Shown here: one piece after another, positions 49,812-60,264 of the stretch
Position numbering within the stretch: the first letter of the stretch is position 1
How the letters are laid out: each line of letters opens with the position of its first letter
Assembly (NCBI GenBank): GCA_944322005.1
Contig: CALUNL010000004.1
Span: 201,850-265,849 of the forward strand
Length of the DNA stretch: 64,000 nt
Direction of reading: 5' to 3'
Origin: an uncultured Alistipes sp.
Lineage (GTDB): Bacteria; Bacteroidota; Bacteroidia; Bacteroidales; Rikenellaceae
Translations under genes and position numbers: made by a program
The notes under the pieces: model-generated
What the model saw: only the letters and a program-made list of their open reading frames with translations
The model's database searches: none
Told to the model about the DNA's origin: nothing

Positions 49812-50195
49812 CTATTTGCCGATGAGAGCCTCGTACTGCTCGGCCGAAAGCAGCGCCTCGACCTCCGCAGGATCGCTCATGCGGACCTTGACCATCCAGC
49901 CCTCGCCGTACGGGTCGCGGTTCACCAGCGCCGGATCGGCGTCGATCGCAGGATTCACCTCCGCAATCTCGCCCGACACCGGGAGGAATGCGTCGCTGAC
50001 GGTCTTCACCGCCTCGATGGTTCCGAACACATCCCCTTTCGAGAGGGTTTCGCCGAGAGTCTGTATGTCGACGAAGACTATGTCTCCGAGCTCGCCCTGT
50101 GCGAAATCGGTAATGCCTATGTATGCGTATTCACCCTCGACCCTGCACCATTCGTGGTCGTCGGAATACTTCAGGTTTGCCGGTACGTTTGCCAT
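49812..50195 (-). CDS. gcvH: Glycine cleavage system H protein
   Basis: HEW, GITDFAQGELGDIV, EAVKTVSD (lipoyl Lys) and NRDPYGEGW. Confidence 0.96.
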   Translation of the reverse strand: MANVPANLKYSDDHEWCRVEGEYAYIGITDFAQGELGDIVFVDIQTLGETLSKGDVFGTIEAVKTVSDAFLPVSGEIAEVNPAIDADPALVNRDPYGEGWMVKVRMSDPAEVEALLSAEQYEALIGK

Positions 50196-50289
50196 AATTT
50201 TCTGGTTTGTTTACGTTTTTTGGTTGATGTTTTCGTGTTACCGATTACAAAGATACAACAAATTTTCTTTTGTTGTTATTTTTATAACA

Positions 50290-51021
50290 CTAAATATCTC
50301 TTTTTTGAATAACGAACTCTATTTCCTTGAACAGATAGCCCCCGACCGAGCCGTCGGAGCGCTTCACAAGCAGTCTTCCGGAGGGTTCCGCACCGGTTAT
50401 GGTGCCCTCGAAGCGCGTTCCGTCGGGAAGGGCGAACGGATGCCTTTCGCCGAGACGGTACATGCGCTCCACATAGCGTTCGTGGAGCCGGTCGCGGCCG
50501 CCCTCTTTCAAAAGGGCGTAGTTGCGCATGGCGATTTCGACGTATCGCCCGAGAACCTCCTCCCGCGAGTACTCCCGCCCCGTCTGCAGCGACATGGAGG
50601 TAGGGTTCGGCAGCGAAGGGTCGAACTCCCGCTGGTTGACGTTGATGCCGATGCCGGCGATGGTGCGTGAGAGGTTGCAGCCCGAATAGACATGCTCTAT
50701 GAGTATCCCGACCATCTTGTCGTCGCCGGCATAGATGTCATTGGTCCACTTTATGCGGGTGTCGATGCCGTAGGAGTCGAAAAGCTCCGTCAGCGACACG
50801 GTCACCACCTCCAGCATCGCAAACTGCTCCGGCACCGGCAGGAAATGCGGTTCGAAGATGAGCGAGAAGGTGACATTCTCGCCGTGGCGGCTCAGCCACT
50901 TGTGGCCGCGCTGCCCGCGGCCCGCGGTCTGGAAGTCGGCCCACACGACATCCCCCTCATGGAGTTCGGACTTGCGGGCCTCGTCGTTTGTGGATGTTGT
51001 CTCCTTTATATGGTATATCAT
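50290..51021 (-). CDS. birA: Biotin-protein ligase (no HTH domain)
   Basis: TSTN, QTAGRGQRG, IKWTNDI, KMVGILIE and GIGINVN. Confidence 0.92.
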   Translation of the reverse strand: MIYHIKETTSTNDEARKSELHEGDVVWADFQTAGRGQRGHKWLSRHGENVTFSLIFEPHFLPVPEQFAMLEVVTVSLTELFDSYGIDTRIKWTNDIYAGDDKMVGILIEHVYSGCNLSRTIAGIGINVNQREFDPSLPNPTSMSLQTGREYSREEVLGRYVEIAMRNYALLKEGGRDRLHERYVERMYRLGERHPFALPDGTRFEGTITGAEPSGRLLVKRSDGSVGGYLFKEIEFVIQKRDI

Positions 51022-51040
51022 CGCTGCTGGTTCCTTGCCG

Positions 51041-51871
51041 TCATGCACTAACTCCGAAATCGCGCAGGGCGTCGTTGAGCGTCGTCTTCTTGTCGGTCGA
51101 CTCCTTGCGCTTTCCTATGATAAGCGCGCAGGCGACATTGTACTCGCCAGCCGGGAAGCGTTTGGAATATGTTCCGGATATCACCACCGAACGCGGCGGG
51201 ACATATCCGCGGTACTCCACGGGTTCGCTGCCCGTGACATCGATTATGTGCGTGGAGCCGGTTATGACGACATTCGAGCCGATGACCGCCTCACGGCAGA
51301 TGCGGGCACCCTCGACGATGATGGCGCGCGAGCCTATGAAACAGTGGTCCTCGACAATCACCGGCGCAGCCTGAACCGGTTCGAGCACACCGCCTATGCC
51401 GACGCCGCCCGAAAGGTGTACGTACTTGCCAATCTGTGCGCACGAGCCCACCGTGGCCCACGTGTCGACCATCGTGCCCGTATCGACATAGGCGCCGATG
51501 TTGACGTACGACGGCATCAGCACCGCCCCCGGGGCGATGTATGCGCCATAGCGCGCCATGGCATGCGGCACGGCCCTCACGCCGAGCTTGTCGTAATCGT
51601 GTTTGAGGTCTATCTTGTCGTACCATTCCAGCTCTCCGGCACGGATGGTGCGCAGCTTCTGTATCGGGAAGTAGAGTATCACAGCCTTCTTCACCCATTC
51701 GTTCACGACCCACGCATCGTCGCCGGTCGCTTCAGCCACACGCAACTCTCCGCGGTCGAGCAGCTCAACAACGCGCCGTACGGTCTCGCGCGTTTCAGCG
51801 CCGTCGAGCAGGGAGCGCTCCTCCCAGGCGCGTTCGATCACCGCCTTCAGTTCTTCAATTTCGTTTTTCAT
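51041..51871 (-). CDS. dapD: Tetrahydrodipicolinate N-succinyltransferase
   Basis: NEWVKKAV, MPSYVNIGAYV..GTMVDTW, CAQIG and GIGGVLEP. Confidence 0.95.
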   Translation of the reverse strand: MKNEIEELKAVIERAWEERSLLDGAETRETVRRVVELLDRGELRVAEATGDDAWVVNEWVKKAVILYFPIQKLRTIRAGELEWYDKIDLKHDYDKLGVRAVPHAMARYGAYIAPGAVLMPSYVNIGAYVDTGTMVDTWATVGSCAQIGKYVHLSGGVGIGGVLEPVQAAPVIVEDHCFIGSRAIIVEGARICREAVIGSNVVITGSTHIIDVTGSEPVEYRGYVPPRSVVISGTYSKRFPAGEYNVACALIIGKRKESTDKKTTLNDALRDFGVSA

Positions 51872-51921
51872 AAGTCATCCAGTTGTTTTGCCTGCACACT
51901 GCAGGCACCAATATAAACATA

Positions 51922-52090
51922 CAAATATAGTGAAAGGCGAGCGCAGAGACAAATGAAAACGGAAGTTTTCAATATTTGCCTGTGCCGAACCGCATCCTAT
52001 ATTATCCAAATATAGCGAAACGCGAGTGCAGAGACAAACGAAAACGGAAGTTCTGTTGTCCGATTATGTCGGAACACACCCAATATTATC
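51922..52090. repeat. Two tandem ~85-nt units, each carrying a minus-strand TTTG-N20-TATATTTG promoter
   Basis: Units 51922-52006 and 52007-52090; first 46 nt differ at 4 positions; both end TATTATC. Confidence 0.88.
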
Positions 52091-52167
52091 CGAACATCGA
52101 CGGGAAAAGCGGCGCATACATCCCGAAAAATTCCTAAATTTGCACGGTCTAACAACAAACACGAACG

Positions 52168-54330
52168 ATGAAAACCGTTGCATGCAAAAGAGCGACAATC
52201 ATGGTTGCGGTTGTCGCAGTCTGCTTCCTAATTGGCTACGGCATAGGAAAACTCATAAAAAACATGGATAACAGAATCGAATACCCGGCGACAGAGCGTG
52301 AAAATGTCGTCGACAACTATTTCGGCACCGAGGTGGCCGACCCTTACCGCTGGCTCGAGGACGACAACTCGGAGCGTACGGCCGCTTGGGTCAAGGCCCA
52401 GAACGAGGTGACGTTCGACTACCTGTCGAAGATCCCGTTCCGCGACGCCATCAGGGAACGCCTGACCGAGTTGTGGGACTACCCGAAGGAGAGTGCCCCG
52501 TCGAAGAAGGGCGACTGGTACTATTTCTTTCGGAACGACGGCCTGCAGAACCAGAGCGTGATATACCGCAAGCGCTCGCTCGAGAGCGACGAGTGCGAGG
52601 TCTTCTTCGACCCGAATACACTGTCGGACGACGGCACGGTGGCTCTCGCCTCGGCTGCATTCTCGAAAGACGGCAAATACCTCGCATACGCCACCGCGGC
52701 ATCCGGTTCAGACTGGATCGAGATCCGTGTGATGGAGACCGAGACCCGGCGCGTGCTCGACGACTGCATCAAGTGGGTGAAGGTCTCCGGAGCGACATGG
52801 GCACCGGACAACGTGGGCTTCTATTACAGCGCATACGACGCCCCGAAGGATGGCGTATACTCTTCGAAAAACGAATACCAGAAGGTATATTACCACCGCG
52901 TAGGCACCCCGCAGAGTGCCGACCGCCTCGTATATTCCGACCCGGAGCACCCGCTGCGATACTTCTACGCATGGCAGAGCGACGACAGCCGATGGGTATT
53001 CGTATCGTCGTCGGAGGGCACGTCGGGCAGCGAAATCCTTTACAAACGCAGCAACGCCCGCAAGTTCGACGTCCTGCTCAAGGGCTTCGACTACGACTAC
53101 GGCATCATCGAGTGCGAGGATGACCAGCTCTACGTGATGACCAACGAAGGTGCGGAGAACTACCACCTCATAAGGATAGACCTCAACGACCCGTCGAAAC
53201 GCGAGGTGGTGATACCGGAGAGGGAGAACCTGCTCGAGGGTGTCGGCTCGGTCGGAGGATGCCTCACGGCAATATACCTCGAGGATGCACAGAACAAGGT
53301 CTACCAGTACGGTATGGACGGTACGCTCATACGCGAGGTCGAGTTGCCGGGCATAGGCACCGTAAGCGGCTTCGGCGGCGAGAAGGAGGATACGGAAGTA
53401 TACTACTCCATTTCGACGTTCACCTCCCCGACTGCGATCTACTCGTTCGACATCAAGAGCGGCAAGTCGGAACTCTATCTGCGTCCGGAGGTGAAGTTCA
53501 ATCCGGACGACTTCACCACCGAACAGATATTCTTCACGAGCAAGGACGGCACGCGCGTACCGATGTTCGTGTCATACAAGAAGGGGCTGAAGCTCAACGG
53601 CAAGAACCCGTGCTACCTATACGGTTACGGAGGCTTCCAGATAAACCTCACTCCATCGTTCAACCCGGCATCGATAATGTTCATGGAGCAGGGCGGAGTC
53701 TATGTCTTCGTGACGCTGCGCGGAGGCCTCGAATACGGCGAGAGCTGGCATAAGGCCGGCATGCTCGAGAACAAGCAGAACGTATTCGACGACTTCATCG
53801 CCGCGGCCGAGTACCTCATCGACAACGGCTACACCTCGTCGAAGAAGCTGGCCATAGCCGGCGGCTCGAACGGAGGCCTGCTCGTCGGAGCCTGCGAGGT
53901 GCAGCGGCCCGACCTGTATGCCGTATGCCTTCCGGCAGTCGGCGTGATGGACATGCTCCGCTACCACAAGTTCACGATCGGCTGGGGCTGGGTCGTAGAG
54001 TACGGCTCGAGCGACAACGAGGAGCAGTTCGAATACATATACAAATACTCCCCGTTGCACAACATCAGGGAGGGTGTGAAATATCCGGCCACGCTCGTCA
54101 CGACAGCCGACCACGACGACCGCGTCGTCCCAGCTCACTCGTTCAAGTTCGCCGCCACGATGCAGCACGCACAGGCAGGCGACGCGCCGATACTCATACG
54201 CATAGAGTCAAAGGCCGGACACGGAGCCGGCAAACCGACATCCAAGCGCATCGACGAGGCTGCCGACACCTATGCATTCCTCTTTGCGAACACGGGCACC
54301 AAATACCGCAAAATCGAAAACAGCAAATAA
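52168..54330 (+). CDS. Prolyl oligopeptidase (S9A)
   Basis: DPYRWLED, LRGGxEYG, GGSNGG (Ser), HDDRV (Asp) and AGHG (His); TAAATTTG promoter at 52135-52142; start uncertain. Confidence 0.93.
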   Translation: MKTVACKRATIMVAVVAVCFLIGYGIGKLIKNMDNRIEYPATERENVVDNYFGTEVADPYRWLEDDNSERTAAWVKAQNEVTFDYLSKIPFRDAIRERLTELWDYPKESAPSKKGDWYYFFRNDGLQNQSVIYRKRSLESDECEVFFDPNTLSDDGTVALASAAFSKDGKYLAYATAASGSDWIEIRVMETETRRVLDDCIKWVKVSGATWAPDNVGFYYSAYDAPKDGVYSSKNEYQKVYYHRVGTPQSADRLVYSDPEHPLRYFYAWQSDDSRWVFVSSSEGTSGSEILYKRSNARKFDVLLKGFDYDYGIIECEDDQLYVMTNEGAENYHLIRIDLNDPSKREVVIPERENLLEGVGSVGGCLTAIYLEDAQNKVYQYGMDGTLIREVELPGIGTVSGFGGEKEDTEVYYSISTFTSPTAIYSFDIKSGKSELYLRPEVKFNPDDFTTEQIFFTSKDGTRVPMFVSYKKGLKLNGKNPCYLYGYGGFQINLTPSFNPASIMFMEQGGVYVFVTLRGGLEYGESWHKAGMLENKQNVFDDFIAAAEYLIDNGYTSSKKLAIAGGSNGGLLVGACEVQRPDLYAVCLPAVGVMDMLRYHKFTIGWGWVVEYGSSDNEEQFEYIYKYSPLHNIREGVKYPATLVTTADHDDRVVPAHSFKFAATMQHAQAGDAPILIRIESKAGHGAGKPTSKRIDEAADTYAFLFANTGTKYRKIENSK

Positions 54331-54339
54331 CACACTGAA

Positions 54340-55605
54340 ATGAAAGTCTACAAGTTCGGAGGCGCATCCGTCCGCAATGCCGGCGGAGTGAGGAACCTCC
54401 ACAACATAATCCGCGACGAGAAGGAGCTTTTCGTCATCGTCTCGGCAATGGGCAAGACCACCAATGCGCTCGAAGGGGTCTTCGACGCCTGCCGCACGGG
54501 CAACGCAGCGGCTGCGGCCGAGCGCATAAACGAGATTGAACTCTACCACTACGGCATAATCGCCGAACTTTTCGGCGACCCCTCGCTGAGGATTGCGGCA
54601 GTCGACACCTTCCTGAAGGAGCTGCGCGACTTCGCCGACCCGTCGCGCTACGATTCGTCGCGCCCGGAGGAGTGGTACGACAAGATTGTGGCGTTCGGAG
54701 AGCTTATTTCGACGACCATAGTATCCGAATACCTCAACTCGCAGGGTACGGCCAACCGCTGGATCGACATGCGCCGCTGCTTCGTCACGCAGCCGCGGCA
54801 CAAGGACGCCAACGTCCTCATCGAGGAGTCGGCACCGCTCCTGCGCCGCGAGATAGCGGGGGAACGGACGCGGATATTCATCGGGCAGGGATTCATCGGC
54901 AGCGCTCCCGACGGCTCGACCACTACGCTCGGACGCGAGGGTTCCGACTACTCGGCCGCCGTCGCGGCAAACATACTCGACGCGGAGTCGATGTCGGTAT
55001 GGAAGGATGTGGACGGAGTGCTCAACGCCGACCCGAAGATATTCCCGGACGCACGGAAAATCGACGCGCTCAACTATGTCGATACCATTGAGCTGGCATA
55101 CAGCGGCGCGCAGATAATCCACCCGAAGACCATAAAGCCGCTGCAGAACAAGCAGATACCGCTCTACGTGCGGCCGTTCGGGGACAAGAGCAAAAGCGGA
55201 ACCGCGATAACCGGATCGGCCCCGTCGGTGACGGTCCCGATAATAATCCTCAAACGCAACCAGAGTGTGCTGACACTGCGCTCGCGAGACCTGTCGTTCG
55301 TGCTCGAGGAGAAGTTCCCGATAGTCTTCTCCACGCTCGAGCGTTTCCGCATAAAGACAAACCTGATTCACAACACGGCTGTCGAGCTGAGCCTCTGCAC
55401 CGAGGAGAGCTGGCACCTGGAGGAGGCCGCGGAGGCGCTGCAGCGCGAAGGGTTCGACACGGCGATATGCCGCAATGTCGAACTGCTCACGATACACCAC
55501 TACGACAGCGCACTCTATGAGAAATATGCCACGGCCGGGGGCAACGTCATCGGACAGACATCGCCCGATACGCTGCGCGTGGTGCGCTACCGCTCCGAAG
55601 GCTGA
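54340..55605 (+). CDS. lysC: Aspartate kinase
   Basis: YKFGGASV, VSAMGKTT, TTLGREGSDYSAA, DVDGV..ADP and HPKT. Confidence 0.9.
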   Translation: MKVYKFGGASVRNAGGVRNLHNIIRDEKELFVIVSAMGKTTNALEGVFDACRTGNAAAAAERINEIELYHYGIIAELFGDPSLRIAAVDTFLKELRDFADPSRYDSSRPEEWYDKIVAFGELISTTIVSEYLNSQGTANRWIDMRRCFVTQPRHKDANVLIEESAPLLRREIAGERTRIFIGQGFIGSAPDGSTTTLGREGSDYSAAVAANILDAESMSVWKDVDGVLNADPKIFPDARKIDALNYVDTIELAYSGAQIIHPKTIKPLQNKQIPLYVRPFGDKSKSGTAITGSAPSVTVPIIILKRNQSVLTLRSRDLSFVLEEKFPIVFSTLERFRIKTNLIHNTAVELSLCTEESWHLEEAAEALQREGFDTAICRNVELLTIHHYDSALYEKYATAGGNVIGQTSPDTLRVVRYRSEG

Positions 55606-56666
55606 TTCTCGTGCGTAATTCTGGCAATGGTCGAGTCGATATACCTCTGTATGTCGGCTCGAAGCATTTTATAGAGCGGGCAGGAGGTATAGTTTTCGTT
55701 GTCGAGCAGCACGTCGCGGATGGAGCGCAGGGAGTTGGTATAGTTGCTCATCTCGTTCTTCAGCGCCACACCCTCCTTCGACGAGGCGACAATCTTGGCA
55801 ATGGACATCTGGCGCAACTTCTCGCACACACCGCCCAGGACAATCATCACCACGTTGTCCATCAGCGTATGCCCGTGCATGAAGAGGTATGTCGATTCGG
55901 ACTCCACACCCTTCGACCTGAGATACTCGCCGAAACGCGCAATGTCGTCCACCATGTGCGGATAGAGCCTCTGCAGCGACTTCTCTCGCTGCTCGACATG
56001 GCGCGAAAGCCACTCTATCGTATGTGCGCCGTTATCCTCGAGGTCGAGATATCCCAGTCTCACCGAGGCCTTGAACTCCAGCAGCGTAAATACATTCTCG
56101 GTCTTGCGGCTGGCCGAGTAGACATACCAGAGGAAGAGCGGATAGATCGTCCGCGAATACTCCGCCATGAACTTTTCGAAATCGAAGATACGGGTGTCGT
56201 TCTTGGTCGCCTTGACGCAGACGTTGTGCAGCGACGGGGCATAACACAGGTAGTTCTCGGTGGCGTAGGCGTAGGTGTGGAACATGTACGGCGAAGATAT
56301 GATTTCGCGCGACTGCTCGTCGACATCTCCGAAAATATAGTCGAAGTCGGAGTCCATGCACAACAGGAGGTCGTCCCCCGCCGAACCGGCCATCGACAAC
56401 AGGACCTTCTTCCCCTTCGGAAGGTCGTCGCGCGTCGGCACCGATATCTCGAAACGCAGATACGGGTTGGTGAAGTGGTCGAATATGCCGCGCCAGAAGG
56501 CCACATCCTCGTACCCCTCCACAAACACACGGACCAGACGCTTCGAATCGTCGCAGCGCAACGGCTGCGGCAGCGTCGACAGGTCCACCTTACCCGCTAT
56601 CAGCGCACGGTTGCGGATCTTCTCTATCTGGCTCTGCTTTCTTCTCCTTTCACTTCTGCCTGCCAT
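55587..56666 (-). CDS. DUF4435 family TOPRIM-like protein
   Basis: FVEGYED, DSDFD and ENY motifs; TATATTTG promoter at 56688-56695; 19-nt convergent overlap with lysC. Confidence 0.75.
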   Translation of the reverse strand: MAGRSERRRKQSQIEKIRNRALIAGKVDLSTLPQPLRCDDSKRLVRVFVEGYEDVAFWRGIFDHFTNPYLRFEISVPTRDDLPKGKKVLLSMAGSAGDDLLLCMDSDFDYIFGDVDEQSREIISSPYMFHTYAYATENYLCYAPSLHNVCVKATKNDTRIFDFEKFMAEYSRTIYPLFLWYVYSASRKTENVFTLLEFKASVRLGYLDLEDNGAHTIEWLSRHVEQREKSLQRLYPHMVDDIARFGEYLRSKGVESESTYLFMHGHTLMDNVVMIVLGGVCEKLRQMSIAKIVASSKEGVALKNEMSNYTNSLRSIRDVLLDNENYTSCPLYKMLRADIQRYIDSTIARITHENQPSER

Positions 56667-56883
56667 AACATTCGATATTATACCCAACAAATATACTGAT
56701 TTGTGCCTGAAATAGCAAGCGGGGCCAATGGCACAGACCCACAAACTGCCACATGGCACACTTTTGAAGAGATTTTCAACATCGGCGGAGCGGCTTGCGG
56801 CGATTTTTGATGCAAAAAGCCCATATGTCAGCGAAAATAGCTATTTTTGCGGTGCTTAACTCTTTTGAGTTAAGGGACCGAAT

Positions 56884-57222
56884 ATGGAAAACGACTGGAA
56901 ACACCGTCTCGGAGTGGTATTTTCGACAAATCCCGACTTCGAATACGACACCGGAGAGCCGCAGGAGCAGCAGACGCTGCCGCCCTCGCGGCAGGACCTG
57001 CGCGTATGGCGCGACACGAAGGGGCGCGCCGGAAAGGTGGCGACCGTGGTACGCGGATTCGTCGGCACGGAAGAGGACCTGCAACAGCTCGGACGCACAC
57101 TCAAGAAGGGTTGCGGCGTCGGCGGTTCCGTCAAGGACGGCGAGATCATCATACAGGGTGACTGCCGCGACCGCGCAGTCGAGATACTGCAGCGCGAAGG
57201 GTACCGCTGCAAGAGGGTCTGA
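56884..57222 (+). CDS. yciH: SUI1/YciH translation initiation factor
   Basis: GRAGKVAT, LKKGCGVGGSVKDG and IIQGD. Confidence 0.92.
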   Translation: MENDWKHRLGVVFSTNPDFEYDTGEPQEQQTLPPSRQDLRVWRDTKGRAGKVATVVRGFVGTEEDLQQLGRTLKKGCGVGGSVKDGEIIIQGDCRDRAVEILQREGYRCKRV

Positions 57223-57262
57223 CAAACGGCCTGCCGCAGGCCGCGACACAGGCAACACACGG

Positions 57263-60250
57263 ATGGCAAAGGCTTTGAGGTACATACTCGTCACGCTTGT
57301 GCTGATGCTCGGAACGCTCCGGGCATCGGCGCAGTTCTATTCGTGGGGTGCCGACCCGGAGTCGATGCACTGGAACAAGATATCGGGGCGCAAGATCGAC
57401 GTCATATATCCCGATACGGCCCGTACCATAGCCTACAGGCTCTTCCACTACGTCAAGGCCGTACAGCCCGACATCGGGTTCGGATTCAACCACGGCCCGA
57501 TGAACATCCCGTTCATAATCCACCCCGAGAACTTCAGCTCGAACGGACTTGTGATGTGGCTGCCCAAGCGAGTGGAGATACTCTCCTCGCCCGACGTGAA
57601 CGGATATTCGATGCCGTGGCTGAAACAGCTTGCGGCGCACGAGTACCGCCATGCCGTACAGTACAACAACATCAACCGCGGGGTGGTGCGCTTCTTCAGC
57701 TACCTTATCGGCCAGCAGAGTTCGACCATAGGGTTGCTGTTCATGCCGCTATGGGGCATAGAGGGCGATGCCGTGGTGTCGGAGACCGCAATGTCGTCGT
57801 TCGGACGGGCGCTGCAGCCGAGCTTTACGATAGACTACCGTGCCGCAGGCGACTTCACCAAGGGAGGGAAGAATACCGACAAGTGGTTCTGCGGCTCCTA
57901 CCGCGAGAACATCCCCGACCACTACCACATAGGGTATCAGGTCACCGCATACGCCAACACCAAGTACGACGAGAACATATGGAACAAGATCGTGCGCTAC
58001 GCCGTACGGAACCCTTATGTATTCGCCACGACGGCCGTGGCCATGAAGAAGTACTACAACACCAATACGAACAAACTCATCTGCGAGACATTCGCCGACC
58101 TGAACGCATACTGGGATTCGCTGCCGAAGGTCGCCGACTCCTCCACCCGTATCGAATGCCCGCCGCAGAAGAGCTTCACGACTTACAAATACCCGCTGCC
58201 GTACGGCGACGGCAAGATCATATCGCTCAAGGAGAGCCTCGACTTCTGCTCGATGTTCGTGATGACGTCGGAGGAGGGCGGCAAGGAGCGGCGCATCTGC
58301 CGCACGGGAAACGTTTCCACGAGGCCGACCATATCCGGCAACCGCATATGGTGGACCGAGTACCGGCGAAGCAACCTCTTCTCCGAGCGCGTCAACTCGA
58401 GGCTCTGCTACATGGATATCGGCAAGCGCCGTCCGCGCACCATACACAAGTACCGCAACATACTCTACCCTACGGCCATCGACTCGCTGGAGCTGGCTTG
58501 GGTGGAATACAACCCCGACGGGCGGTACTCCGTCATACGCGGCGAGATAAGGCACCCGTATTTCCGCGCCGAGATACCGGAAGGGGTCGAGGTGCACTCG
58601 CTCGCATACGACAACTACACCCGCAGGCTCTACTTCATAGCCACATCCGATGACGGCATGTGGATAGGGCGCGTAAACGACGACCATACGGTGACGCGGA
58701 TCACGCAGGGGGCCTACATCACCATAAGCAACCTCCGCGCGGCCGACGGGGCACTCTATTTCGGCTCGATAGCCTCGGGCAAGGACGAGGCACACTGCTA
58801 CGACCTCGCATCGGGACGCGAATACCGCATCTCGACATCGACATACGGCTCCTTCTCGCCGGCTCCGACCGGTGACGGGCGGATTCTGATGACCACGTAC
58901 GACCGCGATGGATACCATCTGGCGCAACAGCGCGTAGTGAAGGATTCGTCGAATGTCGTAAAGCCGTCGCGTCTGCCGGTAAACCTTGTCAACCCGCCGC
59001 GCAAGAGATGGGATGTCGTGAACCTCGACTCCGTGCGCTTCACTCCGGCCGACTCGGCACGGCTGCTGAAGAGCAACCGCTCGCGCCACTTCTCGAAGTT
59101 CACCCACCTGTTCAACGTACACTCATGGGCCCCGGCGTCGTACGACCCGTTCGAGCTCTCGGAAGAGGGACAGATAAACTTCAATCTCGGCGCGACGGTA
59201 ATGTCGCAGAGCCTGCTCTCGAATGCCGAAGGATTCCTCACATGGGGATGGAACCCGAACGAAGGCTCGTTCTACAAGGGGACGATACGCTACTACGGAC
59301 TGGGCGTGAACATAGGTTTCAGCGCCTCCTACGGCGGCCACCAACAGATGTACTACGCATATTCGTACCAGCTCAACGAGAAGACCAACCAGTACGAACT
59401 CGTTTTCCCGGAGGCGCCGCAGCTCCACAAATACTACAACTTCCAGACATCGCTCCTGCTGCCGCTCTACTTTCAGGCAGGATATGTCACCCGTTATCTT
59501 GAAGTCTCGGCCGTATGGAACTATTCAAACGGACTGGTCGCACGCGTGAACAACTGGAAAGCGGACGGATACAACGTCACGAACCTCGCGAAGATAGGCT
59601 TCTACGAGGGTATGCACATGCTGCAGTTCGGTGCAGGATACCAGTGCACGGTACGGCAGGCACACAAGGACTTCGCACCGCGTCTGGGCTATGCGGTAAG
59701 CCTCAACTATGCCTTCAACCCGACGGACAACCAGTTCAGCGACCTGATTTCGCTCTATTTCAAAGGCTATCTCCCGGGGCTTGAGCGACACCATTCCATC
59801 TCCGTGGCTCTGTCGTACCAGACCTCGGTCGGAGGATTCAAGTCCGACTCCGCCGCATCACTGCTCATGTTCCGTTCGAGCCGTCTGGTGCCGAGGGGTT
59901 TCTCCGTATCCGAAATCGAGAGCAGGGACTACGTCTCGACATCGGTCAACTACCAGCTGCCGATATGGTATCCGGAGGGAGGAATACCGTCGATACTCTA
60001 CTTCAAGCGTATCCGTCTCAACCTCGGGTTCGACTACGCCTCGTTCGACAAGCCATACTTCACGGCAACCGAAACGGGAGTGAAGCTCTCCTCCCGCCGC
60101 AAGTCGCTCTTCGCCTACGGAGGCGACCTCGCATTCGACGTGAACCTGTTCCGGATGCCTGCATCGGCCACCAGTACGGTGACGCTGTCGATATACAAAC
60201 CGAATAAAAAAGGAATCTACATATCGGCCGGACTCGGCCTTCCGTTCTAA
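57263..60250 (+). CDS. Large outer-membrane protein: HExxH domain, beta-propeller and beta-barrel
   Basis: Signal peptide; AHEYRH...EGDA; propeller-like repeats; amphipathic strands ending GLGLPF. Confidence 0.72.
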   Translation: MAKALRYILVTLVLMLGTLRASAQFYSWGADPESMHWNKISGRKIDVIYPDTARTIAYRLFHYVKAVQPDIGFGFNHGPMNIPFIIHPENFSSNGLVMWLPKRVEILSSPDVNGYSMPWLKQLAAHEYRHAVQYNNINRGVVRFFSYLIGQQSSTIGLLFMPLWGIEGDAVVSETAMSSFGRALQPSFTIDYRAAGDFTKGGKNTDKWFCGSYRENIPDHYHIGYQVTAYANTKYDENIWNKIVRYAVRNPYVFATTAVAMKKYYNTNTNKLICETFADLNAYWDSLPKVADSSTRIECPPQKSFTTYKYPLPYGDGKIISLKESLDFCSMFVMTSEEGGKERRICRTGNVSTRPTISGNRIWWTEYRRSNLFSERVNSRLCYMDIGKRRPRTIHKYRNILYPTAIDSLELAWVEYNPDGRYSVIRGEIRHPYFRAEIPEGVEVHSLAYDNYTRRLYFIATSDDGMWIGRVNDDHTVTRITQGAYITISNLRAADGALYFGSIASGKDEAHCYDLASGREYRISTSTYGSFSPAPTGDGRILMTTYDRDGYHLAQQRVVKDSSNVVKPSRLPVNLVNPPRKRWDVVNLDSVRFTPADSARLLKSNRSRHFSKFTHLFNVHSWAPASYDPFELSEEGQINFNLGATVMSQSLLSNAEGFLTWGWNPNEGSFYKGTIRYYGLGVNIGFSASYGGHQQMYYAYSYQLNEKTNQYELVFPEAPQLHKYYNFQTSLLLPLYFQAGYVTRYLEVSAVWNYSNGLVARVNNWKADGYNVTNLAKIGFYEGMHMLQFGAGYQCTVRQAHKDFAPRLGYAVSLNYAFNPTDNQFSDLISLYFKGYLPGLERHHSISVALSYQTSVGGFKSDSAASLLMFRSSRLVPRGFSVSEIESRDYVSTSVNYQLPIWYPEGGIPSILYFKRIRLNLGFDYASFDKPYFTATETGVKLSSRRKSLFAYGGDLAFDVNLFRMPASATSTVTLSIYKPNKKGIYISAGLGLPF

Positions 60251-60264
60251 CAACACACGAGACC

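Noticed and set aside
51922-52090. CRISPR array
   Set aside because: Only two units, the conserved part is about 46 nt, the variable parts are related to each other, and there are no cas genes
56795-57262. N-terminal extension of the 1151-aa ORF
   Set aside because: It overlaps yciH in another frame; a clear signal peptide starts at 57263
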